A program made the position numbers and the translations under genes. The notes under the pieces were generated by a model. It worked only from the letters and a program-made list of their open reading frames with translations, made no database searches and was not told the DNA's origin. A stretch of DNA of 44,329 nt from a bacterium (GTDB taxonomy: Bacteria; Hinthialibacterota; Hinthialibacteria; Hinthialibacterales; Hinthialibacteraceae): positions 1-44,329 of the forward strand of contig CAXXSM010000162.1 of NCBI GenBank assembly GCA_963663405.2, written 5' to 3'. This document shows, piece by piece, positions 1 through 10,470 of the stretch. Position 1 is the first letter of the stretch, and each line of letters begins with the position of its first letter.

Positions 1-2
1 TT

Positions 3-1775
3 AAAGGACTTGGCGTTTCCTCCGGCGTGGCGATTGGGCACGCGCGTCTTTTCCATGTATCAATGGTTGATGTAGGAGAATCCATCCTTCTCGAACAAAA
101 TATCGAACCGGAAATCGATCGATTTAAAAACGCGGTCGCCCTGACGCGGGTTCAGATCGAAGAACTGGGGAAACGGGTCACCGAACGCGGAGAAAATAAA
201 GCCTTGAGCGAGGTGCTGACCATGCACCTTCTTCTTTTAGAAGACCGGATGCTGATTGACCGCACGATCGAGCTCGTCCGGGAATCCCGCTTTGGCGCGG
301 AATACTCGCTCTCCTGCGCTCTCAAAGAAGTGAAAAAACGGTACGCCGGTCTTCCCGATCTCTTTCGAGAACGTTTCAAAGATGTAGAGGATATCGGCCG
401 CCGGATTATGAATAACCTCCGGGGAGCGCACACCCAATCCTTGGAGCATTTGGAAGAGGAATCGATTATCATCGCCCGCGATCTTTCCCCAACAGACACG
501 GCGTCCATGCGGAAAGACAAGGTTCTCGGTTTCGCCATCGAAGCCGGCGGAAAAACATCCCATACCGCCATCCTCGCCCGCGCGCTTGAAATCCCGGCGA
601 TCGTCGGCGTTCACAACATCACAAAATTTGTCCAAGACGATGATCTGATTATTCTGGACGGCCAATCCGGACAAATTATTCTTGAGCCTTCTGAAGAAGA
701 TCTCGACGAATCCTATAAAAAGCAGGATCTCTACCAAGTCCGGCAATCGCGCCTCGTCGAAATGGGCAAACTCGAACCCGTCACGGTGGATGGCCATGTC
801 ATCGACCTTGCGGCAAACATCGAGTTCACGTCCGAAATCGAATCCATCAACAAATACGGCGCTCATGGCGTAGGTTTGTACCGGACCGAATTTCTGTTTC
901 TCAATAATATTTCAATCCCCTCCGAAGAGGAACAATACTCGCATTACAAAGAAGTAGCGGAGAAACTCTATCCCGATCCCGTAATCATTCGCACACTCGA
1001 CCTAGGTGGGGATAAATTTGCGCATCTGTTGGATACATCAGATGAGATGAATCCCTTTTTAGGCTGCCGCGCTATACGTTTCTGCTTAGAAAACCTTGAA
1101 ATCTTTAAAATCCAACTCCGGGCGATTCTCCGCGCCAGTTCCTTAAGAAATATCCAAATCATGTATCCACTTCTGTCCGGATGCTCGGAATTGCGCGCCG
1201 CCAATGAACTCTTGCAATCCTTAAAAGACGAACTGCGGAACGATGGGGTGGCGTTTGATGAGAATATCCCCATCGGCGCCATGATTGAAGTGCCTTCGGC
1301 CGTGATCATGGCGCGGGAGATGGCTGAAGATCTCTCTTTCTTCAGCATTGGAACGAATGATCTGATTCAATATACTCTGGCCGTAGACCGGGGGAACGAA
1401 AAAATTGCTCATCTCTATCAACCACTGCATCCGGCGGTCTTGCGCATGATCGCGAATGTCGTCGATGTAGGACGGGAGTTCAGCATTCCAGTCGATGTGT
1501 GTGGAGAGATGGCCAGCGATCCGGTTTGCGCCCTCATGCTGATGGCGTTGGGAATCGAACGGTTTTCCATGGCGCCGCATGGAATCCCAACAATTAAAGA
1601 GATTGTCCGCTTAACCCAAATGGATCGGCTGCGGGAATTTGGAAAAGAACTGCTTAAAGTATCCACTGTGCAGGAATCCCAACTGTTAGTGAAGCAATAC
1701 ATCTCCTGTCTATTCTCCAACAATCTGGATCTCCTGGAAAACCTCAATGAATCAACCGCTCTTGCGTACAACTAA
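3..1775 (+). CDS. ptsI: Phosphoenolpyruvate-protein phosphotransferase (PTS enzyme I), 5' end outside the window
   Basis: Frame is open from the window edge (KGLGVSSGVAIG). Motifs: phospho-His GGKTSHTAILAR, GVGLYRTEF, RTLDLGGDK, NPFLGCRAIR, SIGTNDLIQY, VCGEMA. Confidence 0.96.
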   Translation, partial: KGLGVSSGVAIGHARLFHVSMVDVGESILLEQNIEPEIDRFKNAVALTRVQIEELGKRVTERGENKALSEVLTMHLLLLEDRMLIDRTIELVRESRFGAEYSLSCALKEVKKRYAGLPDLFRERFKDVEDIGRRIMNNLRGAHTQSLEHLEEESIIIARDLSPTDTASMRKDKVLGFAIEAGGKTSHTAILARALEIPAIVGVHNITKFVQDDDLIILDGQSGQIILEPSEEDLDESYKKQDLYQVRQSRLVEMGKLEPVTVDGHVIDLAANIEFTSEIESINKYGAHGVGLYRTEFLFLNNISIPSEEEQYSHYKEVAEKLYPDPVIIRTLDLGGDKFAHLLDTSDEMNPFLGCRAIRFCLENLEIFKIQLRAILRASSLRNIQIMYPLLSGCSELRAANELLQSLKDELRNDGVAFDENIPIGAMIEVPSAVIMAREMAEDLSFFSIGTNDLIQYTLAVDRGNEKIAHLYQPLHPAVLRMIANVVDVGREFSIPVDVCGEMASDPVCALMLMALGIERFSMAPHGIPTIKEIVRLTQMDRLREFGKELLKVSTVQESQLLVKQYISCLFSNNLDLLENLNESTALAYN

Positions 1776-2046
1776 AGATGGAATCGTACTGGCAGTGCGA
1801 GCCGCTCCAAAAGCGTCCGCATCCCGCGTTTCGGGTGTGATGGATGGAGAACTTAAGGTCTCCCTCCACGCTCCACCCGCGGACGGACGGGCGAACCGAG
1901 AATTGATCGCCGTTCTCTCGAAAACCTTCTCAATTCCCAAAAGTCAGATCGAGATTCTCTCTGGAGAAACCTCTCGTAAAAAGACTATTCTCTTTCGTGA
2001 TGGAAAGCTGAACGAGATTGAATCCAAGGTCAAAACGTTTAGTTAA
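1747..2046 (+). CDS. DUF167 / YggU family protein
   Basis: 99 aa with VRAAPKAS...APPADGRANRELIAVLSK...EILSGETSRKK, the YggU pattern. Overlaps the ptsI stop. Confidence 0.9.
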   Translation: MNQPLLRTTKDGIVLAVRAAPKASASRVSGVMDGELKVSLHAPPADGRANRELIAVLSKTFSIPKSQIEILSGETSRKKTILFRDGKLNEIESKVKTFS

Positions 2047-2083
2047 AACACTGGAGAGTAGAGGAACGTAGAGAATATTGACT

Positions 2084-4128
2084 CTATCTTACATACTCCG
2101 CCCGTGGACCGATTTGACTTGTATCGATTGGTTCAAAACCGAGTTGGAGAGCGGGAGAATTGGGATCCAGTGTGAAATCCGCGTTTTTAGGATCAGCGAA
2201 CAGGGGATCGGCGATGAGAGAATTTTGATCCATGCCTCGATTCTTCCATTCTTCAAACGTCCAATTCTTAAAGGTAAAATCACCGCCCCCCATTTTCCAA
2301 TACACATTGAAGTCAAAGGCGTATTGGTCGTCTTTCCAATTGGAACCCAGTAAATTCCCTTCATCCCAAAGGACAATATTCCGTTCGAAGACGAACGAGC
2401 GGTGTTCCTCCATGCGGGTGCGCATGATTTGGTTTTCTTTCCCAAAGGCGAAGATGTTATTGCGGACGATATTCTCTTTCCCATAATGCTGGTGGAATCC
2501 GGCGCTCTTGGTTCGATAGACGATATTCTTTTCGATCAGGATATGCGAGCTGCCCTCATCGGGATAGATGCCCCAACCCCCATATCCATACGAGGAAATA
2601 TCATGGAACACATTATTCCGGATCGTTGTTCCAGGCTGAACGCCAAGTGTGTAGATCCCCCCATGTCGCTGAGCATTCGGCGTCCGATATCGTGAACGAG
2701 GTTGTATTCGATAATGTTATGATGCGTGTTCGTATTCTCTTGATAGCCCCAGGTCCAGCCGATGGAGAGCCCGGAATAGTAGGTATCATGAATGTGATTG
2801 TGCGCGATCCGGTTCCCGCTGCTTTTTCCGATCCAGACTCCGATCGCGGCAGGATAAACAATGCCGATATCATGGATGTGATTATCAGAAATCAGATTGT
2901 GCTCGGTTCGTTCCTGCTGCGGTTGACGAGCGGTTATTTCCCCAATCTTTATGCCACCTGCGCCGAGATCAGTCATCTCGTTTCCTATAATTTGGTTGTG
3001 CTTGCATCCTTTCGCGAATTCTAGAGCATAGTTGCCTAGATGAATGAATCGGCATTGTTCAATCCGGCAGGCGGTCACGCCATCTCCCGAAACCGCGGCG
3101 GGGATATCCCAAGCGGCCTGCGTGTCGGCGTAGCCGGTCTCCGCGAGCGTCCAATCCGTATGGCTGAATGTGAGTCCACACAGTGAGATGTTATGAATGG
3201 TTTTTCCATTGGCGGGATCCCCCTTGAAGAGAACAAGTTGTTGAAGAACCGGCGCGGCCGCTTCCACGTGGTTCATGACTTCTCCTGGCAGGGGCCAATA
3301 CGACAACGTCCCCGTGGTTCGATCCAAATACCATTCCCCCGGCGAATCCAAGAATTGCGGCGCGTTTTCCATGTAATACCGGGCGTTGTTCTCACGATTC
3401 GAGGGGCGGGGATCGCCGGAAAGCGTGATGATATGGTTCGTTTCATCGATGGACTTGATCTGCATTCGAAGTTCCGCCCAGGCCAACAGGGCGATCGCTT
3501 CCACTTCGCCTGAATTCACCCATTCTTTTTTGATCTCATTCTCTCGATACTTTAATTGGAACGGCTTGTCCTGCGAGCTGGGACCATCGATGAGGAAGAA
3601 GCCATCGTTCGGCGTCCGAGCTCGAACGCGGCGTTTTCCATCGACAAACAATTGACGGAAATACCATGCGCCTTCTTTCACACCAGGGACATGTGTGATC
3701 CAAAGATCCCCCGGTCCTTTTTTCCAGCCAAGGATCTCACGCCCACCGCTGAAGACAGGTTCATCACCGGGATAGGCCGCATAGGTGATTGGCGTGTGCG
3801 CTGATCCGGAATCCTCCGGCGTCAATACAAACGGCGCGGATAATGTGTACTTTCCTTTCCGGACATAGATCGTGACGGGCTGATTCAATTTCCCATCTTC
3901 TTTCAATGCCCGGATCGCATCCCGCGCGCGTTCCAGTGTGGCGAACGGACCGTCACTTTCGTCTCGCGCAGGATCAGGGAGTGTTCCCGTCCAAGCGTCA
4001 TCACCATCCACCGAAACGTAAAAGACTATCTGATTTGTCGTATCCTCCTTCAGGCTCATTCCTTTACAGCCAACGAACACAGCCAATAAAGCCATTGCAA
4101 TAACACAAACATGAAAACGGTTTAACAT
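2084..4128 (-). CDS. Right-handed parallel beta-helix lipoprotein (GH141-like/pectin-lyase fold), split by a 1-nt frameshift at 2657-2662
   Basis: Lipobox VFVGC; YVSVDGDDAWTG...DGPFATLERARDAIR N-terminus; PbH1 repeats. Adding one G to the G6 run restores DMGGIYTLGVQPGTTIRNNVFHDI and joins ORFs 2536..4128 and 2084..2611. Confidence 0.88.
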
Positions 4129-4344
4129 GGATTTTCCTCCTTGGATATATGAATTCCGTCATTTCTTTTTTTTTACAAAGAAACCAGTACATAGGCGATT
4201 CTCATAACTAACCCATTTCTTTTCCAACATCGATCATCCCAACAAGAATGGTCCCAAATGATTTGCCCAAATATAATATCAATTAAAACTCAAATTAGAT
4301 ATATCACAATTTGAAACCAAGTTCCAGTATGTAATCTCACAACT

Positions 4345-5031
4345 TCAAAAAAGAAATTGACTGGGGGCCGTTTCAATGCATCGCGCGTCGTCATGTTGTG
4401 GATTATTTACATGGGAACTGACGGGATAGGCGTTCATCTCTTCGGCGGGATAGGGATCGAACAGGTCTTGCAGTTCGGCGGGCTCATGGATGTTAGGATC
4501 AAGCCAGCGGCTATAGTGTTCAGGCGGAAGAATGACAGGCATGCGGTTATGAATGGGACTTACGATATCGTTGGATTCCGTGGTAAGAATCGTATATGAT
4601 TCCACAGTGATCTCATCTGGTCCTATCCATCGTTCCCAAAGCCCTGCGAATGCAAATGGAGTCTTGTCACTTCGATGGAAGTAAAACGGCTGCTTTTCTT
4701 TTCCCATCCGTTTCCACTCATAAAATCCATCAGCAGGGATCAAGCACCGGCGTTTCCGCGCCGCTTTTCGGAACGCGGGATTTTCAAAAGCGGTTTCGGA
4801 TTTCGCGTTAATCATCCGGGCGCTCTTCGACATATCTTTCGACCAGGACGGGACCAATCCCCATCGCAGAAAAGACAATTCACGTTCGTTCGTTTTCGGC
4901 TCCACACGCACAGCGGGCGCGTTCTGCGTGGGAGAGATGTTGAAGCGAGGTTGCAAGTCAGGCGTTCGATTCAAAAGAAGAATCTTCACAAGCAATTCAG
5001 CGGGAGAGACTAACGCGAACCGTCCGCACAC
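4345..5031 (-). CDS. SOS response-associated peptidase (SRAP/YedK/HMCES family abasic-site crosslinking protein)
   Basis: GTG start at 5031 after a GGAG RBS gives the catalytic N-terminus (M)CGRF. Motifs RFNISPTQ, WGLVPSW, RRCLIPADGFYEW, HNRMPVIL. Confidence 0.95.
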   Translation of the reverse strand: MCGRFALVSPAELLVKILLLNRTPDLQPRFNISPTQNAPAVRVEPKTNERELSFLRWGLVPSWSKDMSKSARMINAKSETAFENPAFRKAARKRRCLIPADGFYEWKRMGKEKQPFYFHRSDKTPFAFAGLWERWIGPDEITVESYTILTTESNDIVSPIHNRMPVILPPEHYSRWLDPNIHEPAELQDLFDPYPAEEMNAYPVSSHVNNPQHDDARCIETAPSQFLF

Positions 5032-5123
5032 AATAAACTCCATCCAACAGAAATCTAGCCATCCATTAACCAAGAAAACGTACTATGATGTTCTTACAGT
5101 TCAATATTAAAGGAGAATACTTA

Positions 5124-5936
5124 ATGAAGAAATATTATATCCTATCAATGATTCTTTTCTTACCACTAACTCCACTTTCTGTAGTTACCTCCGAGTTGGA
5201 AACGGTAGCCGCTGGATTCCACGTTCACGCGCACGCGCATAATGATTATGAACATGAACGGCCACTGTTTGACGCGCTTGCGAATCAATTCTACAGCGTT
5301 GAAGCGGATATCTGGCTGGTGGATGGAGAAATACTCGTTTCCCACCACGCGGGGAATTACGAAGGCAGTTTGAAAGCACTCTATTTAGAACCTTTGCAAA
5401 AAAGAATTGACCAGAATAAAACCATTCATGGCAATAATGAACCTTTCTATCTCTGGCTGGATATCAAAGATGGCAGCGCGGAGTTAAGAACCGCTCTGCA
5501 TGAGCTGTTGAAAAACTATTCCATGTTCACTATTTTTACAGACGAAGAAATCAAACCCGGCCCTGTGACGGTGATCTTAACCGGGGACGCGGAATCAAAG
5601 ACCGCGTATGTCGAGCAATTCAAAGTCCGGCGCGTCTGCCGGGATAGCAATTACTACAAAGAAAACGATCCCAAAGCCGATCACCGCTGGCGGTGGTACG
5701 CGCTCAATTGGTCGAATTATATTGATTGGAATGGCCAAAGCGCGTTCAACGAAAAGGAACGGGAAAAACTGATCGCCATTGTAAACGGCATCCACGCGAA
5801 GGGAAAAAAAGTGCGATTCTACGCCACGCCCGAAACGGAAGCCTATTGGGATTTGGCGTTGAACGTTGGCGTGGATTTGATTAACACCGATCAACTGGAA
5901 CGATTGAATCGGTTTCTTGCGGAGTATACCCCTTAG
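5124..5936 (+). CDS. Secreted PI-PLC/GDPD-like phosphodiesterase (AIM6-like)
   Basis: AAGGAG RBS then signal peptide MKKYYIL...; HAHNDY, SVEADIW, LWLDIK, GVDLINTD motifs. Confidence 0.82.
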   Translation: MKKYYILSMILFLPLTPLSVVTSELETVAAGFHVHAHAHNDYEHERPLFDALANQFYSVEADIWLVDGEILVSHHAGNYEGSLKALYLEPLQKRIDQNKTIHGNNEPFYLWLDIKDGSAELRTALHELLKNYSMFTIFTDEEIKPGPVTVILTGDAESKTAYVEQFKVRRVCRDSNYYKENDPKADHRWRWYALNWSNYIDWNGQSAFNEKEREKLIAIVNGIHAKGKKVRFYATPETEAYWDLALNVGVDLINTDQLERLNRFLAEYTP

Positions 5937-6203
5937 ATATGATTTGAGTTTCATCCGAGCGCACATTTTTCCGCATTCTTCCATAAAAAGGAAATTATCG
6001 CAAACTATACGTACTTAACGGATCAACCTTTTTTTATCCCTGCTTCATACATCCAATCAAACCATCCCCACCCATTAATTCACCCAAACTCTCATTCAAC
6101 AGATATAATGTTTACTATTGTTTAGCAGTATATGACGCAGATTATTATACGTACTTGTGTCATCACAATTCACTCAGTATTTCAGCATGAATTGAGGTTA
6201 TGT

Positions 6204-8207
6204 ATGATGACAAAGAAACCAGCGATTCTTATATTACTCGTACTACTCTTCGGATTTATTCTCATTTATCAATGCAATTCGAACCGGGATTCATCCTTCG
6301 CTCAACAAGGACATGTGACGATGCGTTCTTATGATATCAGTGGTAAATTCAACGCGCCTGAATTGGAAGGTGGATTGGGCTGGTTGAATATCGATAAACC
6401 AGTCCGGATCAAAGACCTTCGCGGCAAAATCGTTCTCCTCGATTTTTGGACCTATTGCTGCATCAACTGTATGCATATCATTCCCGATTTAAAGAAACTC
6501 GAAGCGAAATATCCAAACGAGTTAGTCGTGATCGGTGTGCATTCCGCGAAATTCAACAACGAAAAAGAGACGCAAAATATCCGATCTGCAATTTTGCGGT
6601 ATGAAATCGAACACCCGGTCGTCAACGACGCGAATTTTTTGATCTGGAAACAATATGGCGCTCGTGGATGGCCGTATCAGGTTTTAATCGATCCAGACGG
6701 GAAAGTCGTGACAGCGATTTCTGGTGAAGGACAATATAAAACACTGGATGGAATGATCGCCGCCTTGATCGAAAAATTCGAAACGAAACTCGATCGCAAA
6801 CCGTTCACCCTGGCGTTGGAGAAAGATAAGATCCCCCCCTCACAATTAGCGTATCCAGGCAAAATTTTAGCGGATAAAAAAGAAGACCGCCTCTTCATCT
6901 CCGATTCAAATCATAACCGGATTCTCATCACGGATAAGCGCGGCAACGTACTCGATATTGCGGGGAATGGAACAATCGGGCTGAAAGACGGTTCCTTCGA
7001 GGAAGCGGAATTCGACCATCCACAAGGCATGACGCTCGCGGACGATTTCCTTTACGTGGCCGATACAGAAAACCATGTCTTGCGGCGTCTTGATTTACAA
7101 AGAAAAACCGTCGAAACCGTGGCGGGAACAGGGGAACAATCCTACAACCGGCGGGGTGGTATTGCGCTGCAAACAGGATTAAATTCTCCCTGGGACCTGA
7201 CGAAGATCGAGGGAAAACCGGAAATCTACATCGCGATGGCGGGCCCCCATCAGTTATGGGTCTATCACCCAGATAAGAAAACAGTGGATTTCTTCGCGGG
7301 AACGGGCCGGGAAGATATCATCGACGGCCCCCTCTCACAGTGCGCGCTCGCTCAGCCCAGCGGGATTTGTACCGATGGAACGCATTTGTATTTCGCAGAC
7401 AGCGAAGTCAGCGCGCTGCGTATGGTGGATATGCGGGAAGGTAAAGTGAAGACCTTGATCGGGACAGGGCTTTTTGACTTCGGTGACCGGGATGGCGATT
7501 TCGACTCAGCGCTGCTTCAGCATCCGTTGGGCGTGGCCCATCATGAAGGGAAAATCTACGCCGCCGACACATACAACCACAAAATCAAAATCGCCGATCC
7601 TGCAACGCGGAAGATTGAAACATTTGCAGGAACGGGACAACCAGGTCTAGGAAGTTCCACCCAGCCTCAATTTTACGAGCCGGGAGGATTGAGCGTCGCT
7701 GGAGACAAACTCTACATCGCTGACACAAACAACAACGCGATCCGGATCATGGATCTCAATACAAAACAAGCCGCCACACTCCACCTCGACTTCTCTGAAT
7801 GGAACCAGCGTACCAAACAAACGGTCTTTGAACCAATTGGAAATCCAGATGAAATCGCGCTGAAAGACCAAGCCTTTCCATCGCAAGGAACCGTTTCATT
7901 AGCGTTGGCTCTCCCTTCGAATCACCATCTCAACCCACTCGCGAAACCACTCGTTCAGTTTCGAGTGACTGGCGCAGAGAATGAACAATGGATCGGAGAA
8001 CCGTTCCATCCAGAAGTGAATAATAATCAAATCGAGTTTCCCATTTCAACAGGAACCCTTTCCAAACCGCAAACATTAGAAGCGGCCGTCACTTTTTATT
8101 ACTGCCGTGAGGATAATGAAGGGCAGTGTTTTGTTCAATCCATCCTCCTAAAAGGACCAATCCAATCCGGAAAAGGATTCGTCAAATTACAGTATGCGGT
8201 TCAATAA
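6204..8207 (+). CDS. Thioredoxin-like + NHL-repeat protein (NHLRC2/SOQ1-like) with N-terminal signal/anchor
   Basis: LDFWTYCCINCMH, GVHSAKF, several NHL repeats (FDHPQG, LNSPWD, LAQPSG, LQHPLG, FYEPGG), C-terminal YYC..C domain. Start placed at the ATG after GAGG. Confidence 0.92.
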   Translation: MMTKKPAILILLVLLFGFILIYQCNSNRDSSFAQQGHVTMRSYDISGKFNAPELEGGLGWLNIDKPVRIKDLRGKIVLLDFWTYCCINCMHIIPDLKKLEAKYPNELVVIGVHSAKFNNEKETQNIRSAILRYEIEHPVVNDANFLIWKQYGARGWPYQVLIDPDGKVVTAISGEGQYKTLDGMIAALIEKFETKLDRKPFTLALEKDKIPPSQLAYPGKILADKKEDRLFISDSNHNRILITDKRGNVLDIAGNGTIGLKDGSFEEAEFDHPQGMTLADDFLYVADTENHVLRRLDLQRKTVETVAGTGEQSYNRRGGIALQTGLNSPWDLTKIEGKPEIYIAMAGPHQLWVYHPDKKTVDFFAGTGREDIIDGPLSQCALAQPSGICTDGTHLYFADSEVSALRMVDMREGKVKTLIGTGLFDFGDRDGDFDSALLQHPLGVAHHEGKIYAADTYNHKIKIADPATRKIETFAGTGQPGLGSSTQPQFYEPGGLSVAGDKLYIADTNNNAIRIMDLNTKQAATLHLDFSEWNQRTKQTVFEPIGNPDEIALKDQAFPSQGTVSLALALPSNHHLNPLAKPLVQFRVTGAENEQWIGEPFHPEVNNNQIEFPISTGTLSKPQTLEAAVTFYYCREDNEGQCFVQSILLKGPIQSGKGFVKLQYAVQ

Positions 8208-8313
8208 ACCAAACCATTCCCATATCGTCAGTTTCCCCTTCGTGAAATAGTAATTCTCTTCCTTTCGTAGTATCTAATATGCTTCTTTCATTCATACCAG
8301 AGACAACTAAGTT

Positions 8314-10374
8314 ATGGGGGATATCCATATGAAACAAATGATAATCTATTTACCTTGGCTGGCGGTGGGACTCTTCGCTATTGTTTGGCTTTTCTTCTTT
8401 TTCCACTGTCTTCGCTGTAAAAACATCTATCGGCCATTTAATCTCTCTTCTTGGATTGTCAAATTGTTTTGGATCACGTTTTTCTGCACGTTATCGCCAA
8501 TTGCGCTGATAGCGTATCTGCCATTTGGACTGATCCTAAGGCATCGAGAAACGCCCCGGCCCGCAGTTCACGTTCTTTCTATATGCATTCTTGCTGGTCT
8601 CTTTTATCTTGCTTGGCCGTTCCTTCCTTCTCACCCAACGATGAATGAATCCATCTCGTGGGAGAAAGAAGGAGGCGAATGGGCCTTGACTCCTGAAACA
8701 GGGGGCAAATTAAATTCCGGCGGGAATGGATTTCATTACAAACATTCATGGCATATGGGTTTTATTAATTCGTCTACCAATATCTCAACAACTTCAGTAT
8801 CAAGTTCAAGCCCATCCGATGTGTTTGAGATCAAACGAATCGCCCTTTTTCTAGAAACAGAGAATCCTTTATTACTGACGTGCATTGACCATCTGATTGA
8901 GGAATTAAGATCGCTTCCCTCAGTTGAACGAGTTGATTTAATTCCCTCGTCTTCCAATTTTCCATCGGGGGGAATTCTTCCCGATATCTATATCCGGATC
9001 GGCGTTGAAAACTATAGGGAGATCTATTTTCCTCCCCAATTAAAAATCGACGGGGAAATTACATTGACAATCTCTTCGTGTCTCTATCAGTCCACTCACA
9101 GTTACCATGAGACTTTTTCTCCTCCTGTTGTGGATTTTTGGACCGATGCAGACCTGACTCACAGAAGTCAGACAACCGCTGTAAGTTCAAGAGATAAAAA
9201 ATACAAACTTCCCGCGGATGAGATCGAAAAAGAATTACTGAAACAAATTAAGAATACAGTCAGTGATCTAAAAACAAAGTATAAAACGCCACCATCTGAA
9301 CTTGCGCTATTTACACTCGAATCAGCGGCGCCGCCGGCGATTGAGATTCCCTCTCTACAAGAGATAGATCCGATCGTCTATGGAACCCGGCCTCTCACCT
9401 TATGCGAATCTCACCGGATCATCAGCGCAACCAGTGACGTTAAAAAACCGATTAACCTGATTGGCAATGAATTAGAGACAGCCGGTTGGAAAAAGCAATC
9501 CGATGGATCGGAACAGAATCCATACGCGCGATACGAGAAAGACAATGAACGAATCGAAATCTATTCAGCGCGGCGCCCACATCGATCGGTATACAATTTC
9601 GACACGATTCAAGACGCGGAAAAAAAGATCGTCGTCACACACAATGTATGGATTCGGCCGGAAGAAGTCATCCACCGCTTGCAAGAACTCGAATTCAACG
9701 ACTGCGATCTTCAATTCCTTTTATTAATGAAGAACTGGATTTATCGTGACGAGACTCTCAAAAAACGATACCGGCAAGCGTTAATCAATGCAGAGACAAA
9801 ATCACCCACTGTCTTTCTCGAATTGGCGTATCAATTGAAATCGATGAAAGAAACAGAACGGCAGTGGATTGCGCTGAAATCGGCCGAAGCAATGGAAAAC
9901 ACAATTGGAAGCGAGCCATCCCAAGATACCGGAATTAAGCAAGAGTTAGAAAGATTCTATAAAGAACATCCCGATTTTAATCCTACAAAGAATGAAGATG
10001 AGATCTACAAATCCTTAGGCGCCATCCCTTTACCGGACAAAAAGAGAATTGAGCGGACAGAAATCGTTGGTCTTATGGATCCAATTGTCTACTACTGGCT
10101 CAAACCCGATGGATCAATCAATACAATCTCAGTCTACATGCTTCCCAATCCGTTGAAGGATAACATTTCCCCATACGCTCTACGGATACGGGAACGGGAA
10201 GGAGGAGGAAGCAGCGCATCCACTTATGGCGGACAGCGAGTACCGAACGTGGAAGATCAATTTCGTTGGGAAGGCAGTTTATCGTCCCATCCGCTCGATA
10301 TTCAAGCGGAGAGTGAAACCGAATCCGATGGACAATTTCGTATCACGTTGACGATTCAAAACAACGCGCAATAA
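8314..10374 (+). CDS. Hypothetical membrane protein (about three N-terminal TM helices plus a large soluble domain)
   Basis: 686-aa ORF with three hydrophobic N-terminal segments. No family recognised. Confidence 0.7.
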   Translation: MGDIHMKQMIIYLPWLAVGLFAIVWLFFFFHCLRCKNIYRPFNLSSWIVKLFWITFFCTLSPIALIAYLPFGLILRHRETPRPAVHVLSICILAGLFYLAWPFLPSHPTMNESISWEKEGGEWALTPETGGKLNSGGNGFHYKHSWHMGFINSSTNISTTSVSSSSPSDVFEIKRIALFLETENPLLLTCIDHLIEELRSLPSVERVDLIPSSSNFPSGGILPDIYIRIGVENYREIYFPPQLKIDGEITLTISSCLYQSTHSYHETFSPPVVDFWTDADLTHRSQTTAVSSRDKKYKLPADEIEKELLKQIKNTVSDLKTKYKTPPSELALFTLESAAPPAIEIPSLQEIDPIVYGTRPLTLCESHRIISATSDVKKPINLIGNELETAGWKKQSDGSEQNPYARYEKDNERIEIYSARRPHRSVYNFDTIQDAEKKIVVTHNVWIRPEEVIHRLQELEFNDCDLQFLLLMKNWIYRDETLKKRYRQALINAETKSPTVFLELAYQLKSMKETERQWIALKSAEAMENTIGSEPSQDTGIKQELERFYKEHPDFNPTKNEDEIYKSLGAIPLPDKKRIERTEIVGLMDPIVYYWLKPDGSINTISVYMLPNPLKDNISPYALRIREREGGGSSASTYGGQRVPNVEDQFRWEGSLSSHPLDIQAESETESDGQFRITLTIQNNAQ

Positions 10375-10470
10375 TAGGATAATCTTCCCGCTTGTCATTT
10401 TGTTTTTAAGAATCGATTGCGGGAAAGGCCGGTGTATCCAGTAAATCCAATCCGTAAGTGAATACAATCA

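Noticed and set aside
4345-5031. SRAP gene as a marker of a prophage or mutagenesis cassette
   Set aside because: No umuDC/imuABC, phage or integrase genes nearby and no LexA box recognised.
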